Origin: Prorocentrum cordatum | Taxonomy: Eukaryota | NCBI GenBank assembly: GCA_963575745.1 | Contig: CAUYUJ010000003.1 | Location: 1,364,001-1,428,000 of the forward strand | Direction: 5' to 3' | Length of the DNA stretch: 64,000 nucleotides | Shown here: positions 24,346 to 37,585 of the stretch, in pieces | Numbering within the stretch: position 1 is the first letter of the stretch | How the letters are laid out: every line of letters starts with the position of its first letter | Position numbers and translations under genes: made by a program | The notes under the pieces: model-generated | Told to the model about the DNA's origin: nothing | Database searches by the model: none | What the model saw: the letters and a program-made list of their open reading frames with translations, nothing else

Positions 24346-24543
24346 AGTCGAAAAAAACATGCATCGGAGGATGGTGAGCCCTGAGGCTGATGCAGAAGCA
24401 GATGAAATCTTTCTCCCTACACAATAATACCCCGAGTCAAGTCATGGTACTGGCTAATCCAATCCTGGTGTCGACGTCCTTGAGCCAGAACGGCCGCGGA
24501 TGCGCTCGTTCCTGCGTTGCCTCCGCTCGCTGACACGGCGGAA
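24346..24543 (-). repeat. 5' LTR (alignable part) containing a spliced-leader-like 22-mer at 24479-24500
   Basis: Homologous to 11837-12037 and abuts the PBS. TCCGCGGCCGTTCTGGCTCAAG matches DCCGTAGCCATTTTGGCTCAAG at 18/22. Confidence 0.7.
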
Positions 24544-24669
24544 TATGCCCTCCGCCGACCAAAACAGACAAAACGTCCAGGGGGGCCCTCCCCAGGATGC
24601 ACAAGAACATCCAACAGCACACGAAGAACACTAGGGCACCCTCCCCGAACCGACCTCGATCGATGTTTT

Positions 24670-24871
24670 GAGGCCTCCTATATGGGGTCCGAATAGACGG
24701 GATCGAAGGATGGCGCCGCATCGCCAATGCATCGCCGATGTATCGGCGACGTCGGCGATGGATCAGCGACTTCGGTGTCGGGAAACACGGGCTCCACATC
24801 GAGCCGAGCCGCATCGTCGATGCATCGGCGATGCGGCGAGATATCTACTCGGACCCGATCTAGGAGGCCTC
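24670..24871. mobile_element. MITE family R4, copy 2
   Basis: Perfect 11-bp TIR gaggcctccta / taggaggcctc, plus inner gggtccgaataga / tctactcggaccc. Confidence 0.7.
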
Positions 24872-25619
24872 GAATATGATACCTTGGTCCCACTGTACCT
24901 GTCCCTCCTCTGACCCTGATCAAAAAGGGGGGACGAGGCTAAATATCCGCTCAAAATCGGTTCCCCCGACAATCCTCCCGGGCTCCCATCTGGTGCAATT
25001 TCTCGCCCCAGGTCCGTCTCTGACAGTCCCGGGGACGGGTGGCAAATGGTTGCCTTTTCCTCCTCTAAGGCGAAGCCAGGACGAGGATAAGTTCGGGAAT
25101 ATGTGAAATCCCGCAGCTCCGGAGGATGGCGGCCTCCTCCGAGCGCTCTGGAACGCTCTGACTTCGCTCCTGAGCACTCTGGAACGGATTTATCCTCGTT
25201 CTGGTCCCGTTTCCTCCTCCACGAACAGCGCACCTCCCTTAGAGCTAAGCGGAGGGAGCGCGAGGCGAAGGCGGCGCGCTCGGCGTGCCAGCAGCGCCAG
25301 CTGCACGAGAAGCAGGGGCACCAACACGGTCACCATGGCGAGCAGCGTGACCTCGCGGACGGCAACTTTCCCTGCTGGCTGCCCCTGACGACGAAAGAAT
25401 AGCACACACACACACACACCGTTACCCATAAGGGGGTCGGAGGGAAGAGAACTGCACTATGGGTATGGGTGTGGGTTGTCGGACCTCGGGGGAGGCTCCC
25501 GTTCGAGCGGGCAACTCCCGTCCCACAACACGCACCCATGCCTCTTTCCGTCCCCCCTATGGGTATGGGTGTGTGTTTATTGTTCGTCATCTGAGGAGCT
25601 ATCGAGTAGAGGGAGGCCA

Positions 25620-25820
25620 GGTGAGCCTTCATGAGAGCCTCTGTGGACCTCCGCAGCGCTATCCTAAACGTGGTTTCGACCAGATTTCGTCTAGATTTCG
25701 ACCACCCTATCTTCACTACATTTCGTCAAGATGTCGTCCAAATGTCGACCAAATCCGACGAAATCCGGACGAGTTCACGGAAATGTGAGATCCTGTGAGA
25801 CTCCCATGAAGGACCACACG
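25620..25820 (+). repeat. Interspersed repeat family R1, copy 3
   Basis: Aligns with 200-410. Confidence 0.7.
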
Positions 25821-26209
25821 GAGCAGCGATCGACCAGAGAACCAGGAGGAATAGGACGATAGTGCGGAGAAAGAGGAGGAGGAGGAGGAGGAGCCCCGAG
25901 AATGACGACAGAGTGCCTGGAGCCGGTAGCAGCAGCAGGAAGACGAAGACCAGTCGCTGCTCTTGCCTCGGGAAAGCCTGCCCCTGGCAGTCACTTGTCT
26001 CAAAGGTGAAAAGATGCCCCGGTCGGATGGAGGGCTACCCTGATCGCACCTGTGCGTGCACCATCTTGGGGAGCTTACCAGGTCCAGGTACAGGTGGCGA
26101 AGTTGGAGGCTGGAACTGTAGGGCGACATCGATCGTTTCCCAAACAGTGTTTGCATTTAGGGGTTCCCTCTTCTCTCCGTTGAGAAATTGGTCAAGTGTT
26201 AAAAATTTT

Positions 26210-27160
26210 CGCCACGTTGCGACCCGTGTCGCCTTGTGGGCGCCTCGAGGGCGCCCCACGCTTGGGGGACATGCCGAGAATACGGCAGATTGCCGCCTTG
26301 TGAGCGCCTCGTGGGCGCCCCGTGCGCTGGGGGAGGGCATGTCGAGGTTGCACCACGTTGCCGCCCGTGCCGCCTCGTGGGCGCCATGCGCTTGGGGAGG
26401 CATGCTAAAATTGAGACCACCTCCGAAATCCTCGTCGACCGTGGTGATTTCCTAGAAATGGAAACCTCGGTTCATTATCTTCAGATGATACCCTGTGGAA
26501 CATTGTCCTGTGAATGGATCGGGCTCAGCCCCCCCCCCCGGCCGAATCATTATCTTTCCGGAATAATCAACCTACGTTGAATTTCCAACATTATGAACCA
26601 TGGTTTATCTCAGTTCAGTCTGGAACGTACGCTCAAACGGCGCCCCCCAAGCTAAATCATCTAAAAACCCGAATAACTAACCCGGGGTCAATAGTCCGGG
26701 AATCATATGAACCCGGGTTTAGTATCTCGTAGAGATAACGAACCCTGGTCAATATTCCGACATGAAAACCTGGTGGGGAACCTGGGGGCTGGGGGGGAAA
26801 ATAATAATAATCACTACCATTCCACGAAAAACGGGTTCATTATTCCCGGGACATTGTAAACTCCAGTCAATATTCCTGCAACATTATGAACCCAGATTAA
26901 TATGATTTCGGGGTCGATATCCCCAGAAAACTATAAACCAGGGTTTATGATGTTCCACGGGACATTATGAACCCCTGTCAATATTCCCGGAACATTGAAA
27001 CCCAGGTTGGTAATGTTCCGGGGGAGACATTATGGACCCGGATCAATAATCCTGGAACATTATACACCCCGGTTAATATCGATGTGGGATCCATCCTGCA
27101 AAAATTGCCCCACGCTGCCGCCCGTGCCGCTTCGTGGGCGCCTCGTGGGCGCCCAGTGTT
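26210..27160 (+). repeat. Composite repeat: GC-rich ccacgttgccgcccgtgccgcctcgtgggcgcc units flanking an AT-richer ~30-35 bp degenerate satellite (acattatgaacccggg...)
   Basis: Units at ~26212, 26290, 26352 and 27110; satellite at 26460-27090. Confidence 0.7.
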
Positions 27161-27599
27161 CTGAGTTCACACGACATGACTGCTAGCACACAACTTGCAC
27201 CACACAACTTACGCCACATGCCACATAGCTTGCGCCACATAGTTTGCACCGTACACGTTCCACAACACATGCGAAACATCACGCATCTTACACCCCATAG
27301 CTGTCACCGCACTATCCTACGACATAGCTTACACCACATAGCGCACAACGCACAAAGTGTACCTCCTCAGTTCACACCAAGTATATTATCCCTTTCTAAA
27401 AACAGAATAGGATCTACCCCCCCCCCGGCGTTATCGGTACCACTTTCGGGTATGTAAATCGTATACGATTCTGACCACATGTCCATCCCCAATATGAAAT
27501 CACAATGTCCCAGGCCGGCCGGTATCCCCCCCCTGAGGTTCCCTTTATAAGAAACACTACGCGGTGACATTTTTTAAAACATAACACTTGTTCGCCAAC

Positions 27600-28550
27600 C
27601 CCTTGCGCAAAATGGGACGAAGTGCAAACGCGCGCGCCGTCGCGCGCGCATGCCGAAATTCTTCAATGACCTTCGGTTTCGGAAGGACTTCGCAATCGAG
27701 TTCCCCCCCCAAATCAAACATACAAAAACACACGGTTTCGCAACACTGATTTGCTAAAAAAGCTTGCGCGCGAGATCTTGCGACATCTCAAGAAAACAAT
27801 GTTTGTTCAACACTTTGACAAAATACTATCAAACGGGCTTCGCACGCGCGCGTGTCGAAATCTGTCGAACGCCCTTGCGCGTGTGCCGTCGCGAGAATCC
27901 TTTGCAAACAAAAAAAAGGACGAAGTGCAGACGCGCGCGTCGTCGCGCGCGTATGCCGATTTCGGAAGGATGTCAAAATCGTGTCCAAAAAACCTACAAA
28001 AACACAAGGTTTCGTCGTTATCATCATCATCGTCTTTCCTCCCCTCTCGTCGTCATCATCATCAGCGTCGCCGTCCTTCCTCCTTCTTCGTCGTTCGCGT
28101 CGTCGCCGTCCTCCCTCCTCCCTCGTCGTTGTCGTCGTTGTCGTCGGTGTCATCGGTGTCGTCGTTGTCGCCGTCGTCGTCCTCCCTCCTCCCTCGTCGT
28201 CGTCTTCGTTGGCGACGTCGTCGTCGTCGTCTTCATCGTCGTCGTCGGCGTCGGCGTCGTCGTCTTCGTCGTCGATGTCGGCGTCGTCGTCGTCGTCGCT
28301 GCTGTCGTCGTCGTCGTCGTCAGCGTCGTTGACGTCGTCGTCGTCGGTGTCGCTGTTGTCGTCGTCGTCGGTGTTGTCATCGTCGTTGTCGTTGTCATCG
28401 TCGTCGTCTGCGTCGGTGTCGTCGTCGTCGTTGTTGCCGTTGTCAGCGTCGTCGAAGTCGTTGGAGACGTCGTTGGTGTCGTTGTAGTCGTTGTCGGCGG
28501 CGTCGCCGTCGTCGTTGTCGCTGTCGTGGTCGGCGTCGCTGTCGTTAACA
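27600..28550 (+). repeat. ~300-bp duplicated unit followed by a degenerate (GTC)n tract
   Basis: ggacgaagtgca.acgcgcgcg.cgtcgcgcgcg.atgccga at ~27615 and ~27918; (GTC)n-like tract at 28010-28550. Confidence 0.8.
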
Positions 28551-29419
28551 AGTGCCATTTGGTACCCACCGTCACGGTCTTAAGATATTTTGCAAACACA
28601 GTTGCGGGTGGGTGGGTGGGATGTTTGCGCGAGCAGTGGAGTGGACAACTCACTGCGAACAGAAATTATTTGCACTTCATACGTTTTCCCACACAGCTTA
28701 CACACCGCATAGCTACCACCCCCACAATGCAAGAACTTCTTGTTTGCGGTCTTCGCCTGCTAACATCATACTGAAAAGGAAGAGGATGGAGGAGGAGGAA
28801 GGACGGAGGGAGGGAGGGCGGAGGAGGGAGGAGGATCGTAATGTCCCCAGCCCTCAGATCCCCTGGCGGGGGGGCGCACCAGCGCGTACTCGGTCCACTC
28901 GCGGTTGCCGCGGCAGCCGAGCCAGCAGGCTGCGACCTGGGGGCGCCCTGCTGGGAGTACCGCCGACGAGCTGCCACACTGGCTCGGTTTGATGATCATC
29001 ACAGCACGAGCGGGCCGAGATTCACGTACATACACTTGCTGCTCGTGTTTCCCAGCCGGCTGGTCCAACACAGCGAAAGATTAGCGAGGGCGCCTTTGAG
29101 AATCATCACAAAGCGTTGTTGATGGAGTGGCACTGTACGCCAGATGCAAAAAAATACCCACGGCCATGCGAGCGCCAACCAATAGTGTCGCAACAGGAAA
29201 GAACGACTGTACAACGCGGTGGCGGGAAGACGGTTGGCAGGGCGGCTCCGCAGGGTGAAGCGCCAGGCGGAGGAGGCTGCCAGGACCGAAGCCCAGCGAG
29301 CGATTCCGAGGAAACACAGCGGCGCCGACCCACAGGTGGACGACCCGGAACAACGGCACCGACCCACAGCTGAACGACCCCGGAGAGCGGAAGAGCGAGA
29401 AGAGAGGAGAAGGGCGACG

Positions 29420-29463
29420 TACATACACACACACACACACATACACGCACGCACGCACGCACG

Positions 29464-29520
<57 letters not shown>

Positions 29521-29799
29521 TGACGCAGACGCAGACACACACACACACACACACACACACACTTTTGCGTCGGCGGCTAGGCAGGGGGACTGCTCTGGCG
29601 AAGTGGCATTAGAGGGACACGCAAAATGCGAATTAAGCCGCGATGCGCGGGAGGGAGAAACAAGAAACGCGGCGCGGGCGGGAAGGAGAGGAGGCCAGGC
29701 CCGCTCAGAGCAGGGCCAGGCGGCGGCGGGGCGGGCGCCGGGGCAGGGAGCCAGCGGCGCACACACACACACACACACATTCACACACACACACACACA

Positions 29800-29843
<44 letters not shown>

Positions 29844-29920
29844 CACACACACACGCACGCACGCACGCACGCACGAACGCACGCACGCACACAGACATAC
29901 ATACACCCACACCCACACAC
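29420..29920 (+). repeat. Compound microsatellites (CA)n, (GCAC)n, (GCAGAC)n
   Basis: Directly visible at 29420-29562 and 29759-29920. Confidence 0.95.
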
Positions 29921-30559
29921 CAGGCTAACAGTTAACACAAGTGCTGGAGATCGTCGATCGGTCATCCCCTCCCCCCTCGAAGATATCGAGCAGCTGTGGC
30001 AGCTGTGCGCCCGCGGTGGGGGGGGGCTCCAGCAAGGGGCGCCTCCCTCCCCAAGGGCCGAGGCTGGCTGGGACGCGCCAAGGACTGCCTCGGTGCGGCA
30101 TCGCCGAGTCCCGCGAGAAGGAACGGGGGCATCTGCGCGACGCGAGGGGCCCCGACTGCCACGAGGCCTGCTCTCTGCACGGCACCGCCCTTCGCGTAGC
30201 CGATCAGGGTAGGGCGGTGCCTGGAAGTGCAGGCGCTGCAGGAAGGGCGGACTAGGGAGGGCCGTCCTCCGAGCCACGCCTGGGCGCGGCGACGGTCTCA
30301 TCCGAGAACCTTCCGGGGATGGCAAAAGACTTCCAAGGAGGACAATCCCTACCGGACCTGACCCAGGCCCTGTCGACACTGCGCCAAATCTAACCTGACC
30401 CATAGTTAACGTTGCCAACGGGCTCGGCGACACCAGTGTGTCACGCGCGCGCGGCGTAGCAAATGATGCACCAAAGTGGGGCGACACAGCAACATGCGAT
30501 GCCGAAGTGCCAACTGTATCACTGATCCCTTCGGCTCCAACGAGGAATCTCGCCGGCGC

Positions 30560-31150
30560 TGAGATGAGCAATTTTCGCAATCGATGATGTGGTTGGCGAT
30601 GAGGCGGGAGCGACATTCGCAACCATGTCGCGGGTGTGGCCAGCGGTGAAGCGACAGCAGCGTTTGCAGTCGTGGGTGTGGCCAGCGCGAAGGCAAGAGA
30701 AACTGTCGCAATGGTGAGTGTGGCTGGCACTACGGCGAAAGCAACATTCGCAATAGTGGATGTTGCCGGCGCCAAGGCGACAGCAACACTCGCAATCATG
30801 GATGTGGCCAGCGTTGAGGCGAGAGCAACGTTCGAAATCATGGATACGGCTGGCGCTGAGGCGACAGCAGCCGTCGTAAACGTGGATGTGGCTGGCGCTG
30901 ATGCGAAAGCGACGTTCGCAATAACCGGTGTGGCCGGCACTGGAGGGAAAGCAGCGTTCGCAATCATTGACGCGGCCGGCGAAGATGCGAAAACAAAATT
31001 CGTAATCATCGTTGTGGCCTGCGCTATGGCGAAAACAACATTCCCAACAATGGATGCGGCTTGGGTTAGGCTCGGTTAGGGCAACACAAAGTCAATGTAA
31101 TGGATGTGGCCACCGGTGAAACGAGAGCATCCGTCACAATCGTGGGCGAG
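30560..31150 (+). repeat. 39-bp degenerate tandem repeat (gcaacattcgcaatc.tggatgtggccggcgc.gaggcga)
   Basis: Over ten visible units; related units recur at 34560-34740. Confidence 0.8.
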
Positions 31151-31179
31151 GTGTCCCGCTGCAAACGCAGACTGGCTCT

Positions 31180-34100
31180 AGCGCAACCAGCAGCACCACT
31201 GAGACGAGTACCGCCAGAAGCAGAAACACCATGCGCAGCAGCAACAACACCAACGCCAACAACAACAGCAGAAAGTATTGCAAGCCACACGAGCGACTCC
31301 AACAGTGCCTCTCTGACCAACACGACAGCAAACAACACCACCACAACGCGCACCAGCACTAGCGTCACTAGCAGTAGCAGTATGGCGACCACGACGGGGA
31401 ATGGATCAGCACCACCACGGCGACACAGCACAAGCGCCACCAGCAGCAACATTGTGACCAACATTGTGAACAACACGACAGCAACTAGCACCACCACCAC
31501 ACTAGCAACACCAGCGTCACCATCAGCGCGACGATCACGACTGGGAGTAACAACGCCAAACGAAACAACTCAAACGCAAACAGCAGTACTAGCGTGACCA
31601 GCGCGACGGGAAACAGGAACACTACACGCACCAGCACACGCGCAAGGAGCAGCACCGCCGCGACGCGCACGACAGGATCCAGCAGCACGACACGCGCCAA
31701 TACAAGCACCACCAATAGCGCCACTGTAATCAGCACGACGAATAGCAGCAACACCGCAACACCACGCACAGCAACATACACGCCACCAGCAGTTCCACTA
31801 GAACGAGCGACTCAAGCTGGATTGCGCGAGTGCCCCCAGCCCCCCGCAGGCCAGGCCAGCAGGTGGAGAGGCGTTCGCTCCAGCGCAAAGCGTCATGGCC
31901 CAAATCGCTCAATTTTGCAGTGGGGACCGGGGTGCCCCAAAGCAGAAATGTGCAGTCCGTCCGCGCGAAGTTTTGCGAACCCCACCACGGGAGGAACTGC
32001 TGCTCGCCCCAAGCCCGAACGGCGGTCGCTCCCAGGAAACGGCTTGCGCCAGCCGGGTCCTACAGTAGCAGCGCTACCCAAGAGCGCCAGGGCGAGCGCG
32101 AGGGCGGGTTAGTGACTCGTCGCGGGCCCGCCGTCAGCGCCCGCCGCCTGCCGCCGCCCAGCCCGGACAGCAGCTCCAACGCCTAGCACCGGCGCCCTGT
32201 CCAGCCAGCAGCAGCACGCGCGCAAGCAGCACCAACGCCACCAGCAGTTCCACTAGAACGAGCACGACGGGAACCAGCAGCACCAGGCGATTCGCGCTGG
32301 ACTGCGCGAGCGCCCCCCTCCCCCCCCGCCGGCGAAGCTGGCGGGAGGGAATTGTTCCCGTGCTCCAGCGCAAAGCGTCACGGCCCAAATCGTTCGATTT
32401 TGCGATAGGCGCTGAGGGCGCCCCAAGGCACAGCCCACAGCCTGTCCCAAAGGAGCCAGCTGCTCGCCCATCGCACCGCAGTCCACGCGGCCTGGCGGAA
32501 ATGCGTACGACGACCCGCGACGCGTCGGTCAGCAACACGAGCGAAACGTGCAGTTCCACTGTGACCAGCCGACAGGAAGCAGCACCACCACCACCAGCAG
32601 CAGCAGCACAAGCGCCACCAGCAGCACAACTGTGAGTAGCAAGACAAAGGCAGCAGCAAGAGTGCCACCTGCAGTGCCACTCCACCAAAGGCCTGTCGGT
32701 CGGAAACAGCAACACCACTCGCAGTATCAACGCCGCCAGCAGCAGTAGCACGAGCATCGCAAACGCGACCAGCAACGGAGCCACCACCAACACCTCTGTG
32801 ACGATCACCGCGAGAAGCAGCAACACAACACGCAGAAGCACCAGCAGCCAGCAACACCACCTTGACCCGCACACTGGGAGCCAATAGTACAACGCGCACC
32901 AACTCTAGTGCAATCAGCAGAACTACCGCGACGAGCACTTCAGCAACATCGGCGCCGCCACCAGCAGTGCTGAGAGCAGCAATGGCAAAACGACGCCAGC
33001 AGTACGAGCGACCCAAGCAGCTCCAGCATGACGAACACGACGAGGAGCAGCAACAACACACGAAGCAGCATCAACGCCGCCAGCACCACCACTGCAACGA
33101 GCACGACGGCAAGCAGCGGCGCCAAGCGCAGCAGCACGAGCGCCACCAGCGGCACCACTGCGACGAGCACGACGGGAAGGAGCTGCGCCACGCAAGGCAC
33201 CACCAGCAGTTCCACAAGAACGAGCACGACGGGAACCTGCAGCACCAAGCGATTCGCGCTGGACTAAGCGAGCACCCCCACCCCCTCGCCGACGAGGCTG
33301 GCGAGGGGGAAGCGCTCTCTCGCCCCAGCCCAGAGCGTCACGGCCCAGATCGTTCGATCTTGCGCTGGACACTGGGGGGCGCCCCAAACAAACATGCGCA
33401 GTCCGTCCGTGCGAAGCTTGGCTGGGAAGTGCGAGCCCTGCCCCAGAAGCAATTGCTGCTCTGCCGCCCGAGCGGCGGTCGATCCCAAGGGGAAAACGTT
33501 GCGCCAGCCGGGGCGTATAGAAGCAGCGCTACCCAGGACAGCCACGGCGAGCGCGAAGACGGGGTAATGGCTCGTCGTGGACCCTTCGTCAGCGCCCGCC
33601 GCCTGCTGCTGCCCGTCCCAGCCAGCAGATCCAGCGCCCAGCACCAACGCCCTGCCCGGCCAGCAACGGCGCCTAACCTGGCCAGCAGCGGCCGCTGGGC
33701 AGCGCCCTCCCACGGTCGTCGTCCAGTGCGTCCAGCGGCTGCCGCGCTGCCGGCGTCGCCACTGCCCGCTGCAGCTGCAGGCTGCCACGAGTCGGGCGTG
33801 CAGCAGGAGAAGTGCGAGCGCAACGAACACATTCAACTGTGAACAGCACGACAAGAAACAGCAGCACCACTCGCAGCAGCACCAGCGCCACCAGCAGTGC
33901 CTTTGTCAGAAGCACGACGAAGACTAGCAGCAACACCAATGCGACCAGCCCGACAGGAACCAGCAGCAGCACCAGCAGCAGCGCGAGCGCCATCAGCAGC
34001 ACTGCAATAATGCGACCAACCCTAGCGCCACTGGTGGCCCCTCTGTGACCATAACGACAGCAAGCAGCATCATCACGCTCAGCAACACCAGCGCCACGAT

Positions 34101-34450
34101 ATCTAGCGTTGGGCGGGAGACAGCAACACTAATTTCACCAGCCCAAGCGCATCGAACAATACCAGTGTGACGAAGAGCACCAGAAACAGAAGCCTTCCGC
34201 GAAGCAGCAGCGCCAGTGTGACCAGCAGCACAACAAGTAGCACTACCGGCGCCATCAGCAGCACCGCTGCGACCAGCCCGACGGGAAACAACAGCACTAC
34301 GCGCACCAGCACAAGTACCACTGAGAGGAGCACCGCTGGAAGCAGCACCACTGTGACCAGCACGCGGAAATCAGCAGCACCACGCGCAGCACAACTAGCG
34401 GCACCGGCAGCCCCAATGTGACCAGCAAAACGATAACCAATAGCAAGACG
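31180..34450 (+). repeat. CAG/CAC-rich low-complexity block with three copies of a 250-450 bp module
   Basis: Module cagcagttccac.agaacgagc...agcgtca.ggccca.atcg.tc.at.ttgc starts at ~31787, ~32243 and ~33205. Confidence 0.8.
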
Positions 34451-34949
34451 CGAAATACTCTAAGCGGCACCTTGGCACCAAACTGACCGCGGATGGGGCC
34501 GCGATCCTCAAGCTTGCGCAGCCCACAAGCTTGTGAGGCTGCGTCTTCCCCTGCGACGCGAACAGCGTTCGCAATCAAGATGTGGCAGGCGCCCACGCGA
34601 TGGTACAGTCCAGAATCAAGGCGAGAAGGGCGTTCGCAATCAAGGGTGCGGCCGGCGCCGAAGAGGCAGCACAGCATTCGCAATCGTAAGTTTGGCTGGC
34701 GCCAGGCGAGAGCAGCATTCCGAATCGAGAGACCGCAGGTGCCTCGGCTGGCGCCTCGCGGCAAATCCGCGCTGTCGTCGGCGATGAGTCCCCAAACCTC
34801 TCCGAGCCCCTGCCATGGTCGCCCCAAGGTTCTCATTTCACGGCTTCGCCGCCCGCTGAAGCAAGCTTGCATGGGCTTGTCTGCTGTCGCGCGCAGCCAA
34901 TGAACCCGGCGCGACCCCAATTGGGAGAACAACTCCTACTGCATGGGCG

Positions 34950-35580
34950 CATTGTTTGGCGCTGCTTGGCTTTGCTTAGCAACGATTTGTATTGCTTGGC
35001 GTTGCTTGGCATTGCGTAGCATTGCTTGGCAGTTCTTGGCATTCCTTTGCATTGCTTGGCACCGCTTGGAATCGCGTGGCATTGCTTGGCATTGCGTGGC
35101 ATTGCTTCGCATGTATTGGCATCGCTTTGCATGGCTGGACTTTGTCTGGCGTTGCTTAGAATTGCTGTGCAATCACGGGGAACCCGAGGAACGAGACCGG
35201 GGAGCCCGAAGAACTCAAGCAAAGAGCAAGACTGGGGAACCCGAGAAAAAAAAACGCGGAACCCGAAGAACCAAGACAAGAAACAAACGGAGAACCCGAG
35301 GAACCCAAGCAAGAAACAAGACCAGGGTACCCGAAGAACAAGACTGGGGAACCTAAGGCCCTTATAAAGAAGCAAAGCCGATGAACCCGGGGAACCCGAG
35401 AAACCTCCGAAGAACGGGCAACGCAAGACTCGGAGGCACCAAGGAACCCGAGGAACCCGGGGAACCTCCGAGCGACGGGCAACGTAAGAATCGGAGGCAC
35501 CGAGGGCGAGGAACCCGGGGAGCCCGAAGAACCCTGGAACATCCGAGCAACGGGCAACGTAAGAATCAGAGGCACCAACC
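34950..35580 (+). repeat. 10-bp (cattgcttgg) minisatellite followed by gaacccgag-based minisatellites
   Basis: Directly visible tandem units at 34950-35170 and 35175-35580. Confidence 0.85.
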
Positions 35581-36186
35581 TTTAGCCAAGTAAGCATCCC
35601 CTGGGCAAGCCTAGTTGGGGAATAAAAAAACGTGGAGCCAGGGAGGCAGGAGGAGGAGGAGGAGAGACGGGCCCAAGGGGGAAGGGCGCCCCTGCCAGTG
35701 CGTATGGCCTTTGGAAGATAAGGGCCCGGGGAAATAATCATTTAGGAGCCGCGGAGGAGACGCACGCCCCCGAGGAGGATTCGGATCCCTGCCCCTCCCC
35801 AGGAAGCCCAAGCCCTCCGCCCCAAAGACGTCCGAGGGCGACCAGAGACTGGTGTGTTGGGTCGAGCCCCTGCAGAGCACGCGCAACCTCAACAACGCGT
35901 GGATGCACTGCCACTTTGTCTTGAAAGCATGTCCGTCTTGCCCCATCCAGCAAGAAGGGGACAAGCGGAGGCCTGCGCCCGAGCACCAGCAGTTTTTCGG
36001 GCGCGGCCTCCACGATACACATCTCAAGAGACACGCGTCCCTATCAGTCGCCCGCCAGGTAACAGCCGCGTAGCTTCGAGCAGCCAAGATGCCACGTTGC
36101 CCTGCGCACATGACAGGCCCTGTCGGCCCGATCGTCGACCATTCCAGAAGAAAGCAGAAACGCCATGACCATAACTTGTTGGTGCT

Positions 36187-36303
36187 CCGCGCGGATTTCT
36201 TGGATCTGCGCTGGACCCCCCTCCATGGCACGCGGAGCGCGCCAGGGGCGGCGCCGGAGGCGCCGCCGTGGGGGGCCCAGCGCGGACCCGAGAAACCGCG
36301 CGG
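36187..36303. repeat. Palindromic hairpin repeat, copy 2
   Basis: ccgcgcggatttcttggatctgcgctgg...cccagcgcggacccgagaaaccgcgcgg; homolog of 68-135. Confidence 0.65.
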
Positions 36304-37464
36304 ATCGCCGGAAGCGTATGTTCACGGCGTGTTTTCTTTCTCGGCATTCCTTCTTCGAAATGGGAGGCTGCCGTCGGCTTCCAGATCTGCGCTGCAGCCT
36401 GGCCTCTCCTGCCCCCAAAACAAAACGGGGGGCGTCGGCGTCCTGGGCCGCCCGACTTCGCGCGTCGCGCCCCGCGGTACGCGACGCTCGGCCATCTCCG
36501 CGCCGCCGCGAGGCCACCTTGGATAAGAGCAAGAGCAGCGCTCCGTCGCGCCCCTGGGGGGACCTGGGCTTCCATGTCGCTGCCAACCCTCACCCTATCG
36601 GTCGCAACGAGCGCGCCCTTCACGCGGCTGGGCACCGAGTGTGCTAACCCCGTCGGCCGCATGCGGCGGACCTCTGCGTATTCTGCCGGGCCCGAGGTGC
36701 CTTGAGAGAGGGCGCGGGGGGGCGTGCTCATGGTTTGGGGGGGGCCCTGGAGCCTAGGCCAAACCTGGCACGGATTACCGTTGCCGTCACCACACACCAT
36801 AGTCACAGTCGTATCCGCATCCTCAATATAAGCCGAATCATACTCCTCCGCCAGAATCAACACACATTACATCCACCCTCCAGCTCCATACTTTCATCTC
36901 CATCTACCTCTCAACCTTCGCCGCGTTCTTCATCCATCCCTTCCTTCGCACGCACGCTGCTGATCTTTCTCCACGCAGAAAATAGCGACCACCAGGAAGC
37001 CGACGAAGACCAGTGCGAGACCAGTGACCTGCGGCGGAGTGCAATCATTCCCCTCCGACATTATCTAGGACAACGGTGCGAATGGCGGCGAAAGGACTTG
37101 CAACGATCCTGACGTGCTATCACATGACGTAGCGTTCGCTTTTCCTGGAAAGGTGATTCCTGGGAGCTTTCGCGCTACTGAAGCCTGCTGTGGAGCGCAG
37201 ACGCCAAAACACTAATGTCGCCTGAGAGACTCGCACAAGCAGCACTCGACTGCGCGCGGTCACCTCTATTCAGAATGCGAGCGACTTGCAGCGAACAAGG
37301 AGGGCAACTAGGTGCAAAGGCCCGTGGCACCGACTCGCACGCTGGCTCGCAAAACCGTGCTGGCGGGGCCACTGGCAGGCCATGCGCATAATTGTAGCTT
37401 GCGCGCGTACGAGGGCGCACAGCCGATGTGCGGCTCGTGGACTTCGATAATGCAGAAGGGGAAT

Positions 37465-37525
37465 CAACATAATAAGAGTACTAATAATAATAACAATAAT
37501 AATAATAAGAAGAAGCATAATAATG

Positions 37526-37556
<31 letters not shown>

Positions 37557-37585
37557 GAAGAGTAAAAAAGAATAAAACTAATGAT
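37465..37585 (+). repeat. (AAT)n microsatellite
   Basis: Directly visible. Confidence 0.95.

Larger units (their letters stand above)
11837..24543 (-). mobile_element. Degenerate Ty1/Copia-type LTR retrotransposon with a nested DIRS-like insertion
   Basis: Diverged direct repeats 11837-12037 and 24346-24543; PBS at 24329-24345; order gag - (protease) - integrase - RT - RNase H on the minus strand. Confidence 0.75.

Noticed and set aside
25240..26200. Possible host exons (25240-25400, 26050-26170)
   Set aside because: Coding-like but short, with no recognisable domain, and strand and splice sites cannot be fixed without transcripts.
27751..28774. Long poly-Val/Asp/Thr/Arg ORFs (also 43656-45693, 52786-54130, 6489-7625, 37937-39052)
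   Set aside because: They are translations of micro- and minisatellites, open in many frames because of composition.
28935..29135. Possible exon with a Josephin-like CHSINNAL motif (minus)
   Set aside because: Followed at once by two stops, with no other family motifs.
35830..36170. Coding-like island (NLNNAWMHCHF...)
   Set aside because: No recognisable family and interrupted by a stop; not enough support for a gene call.
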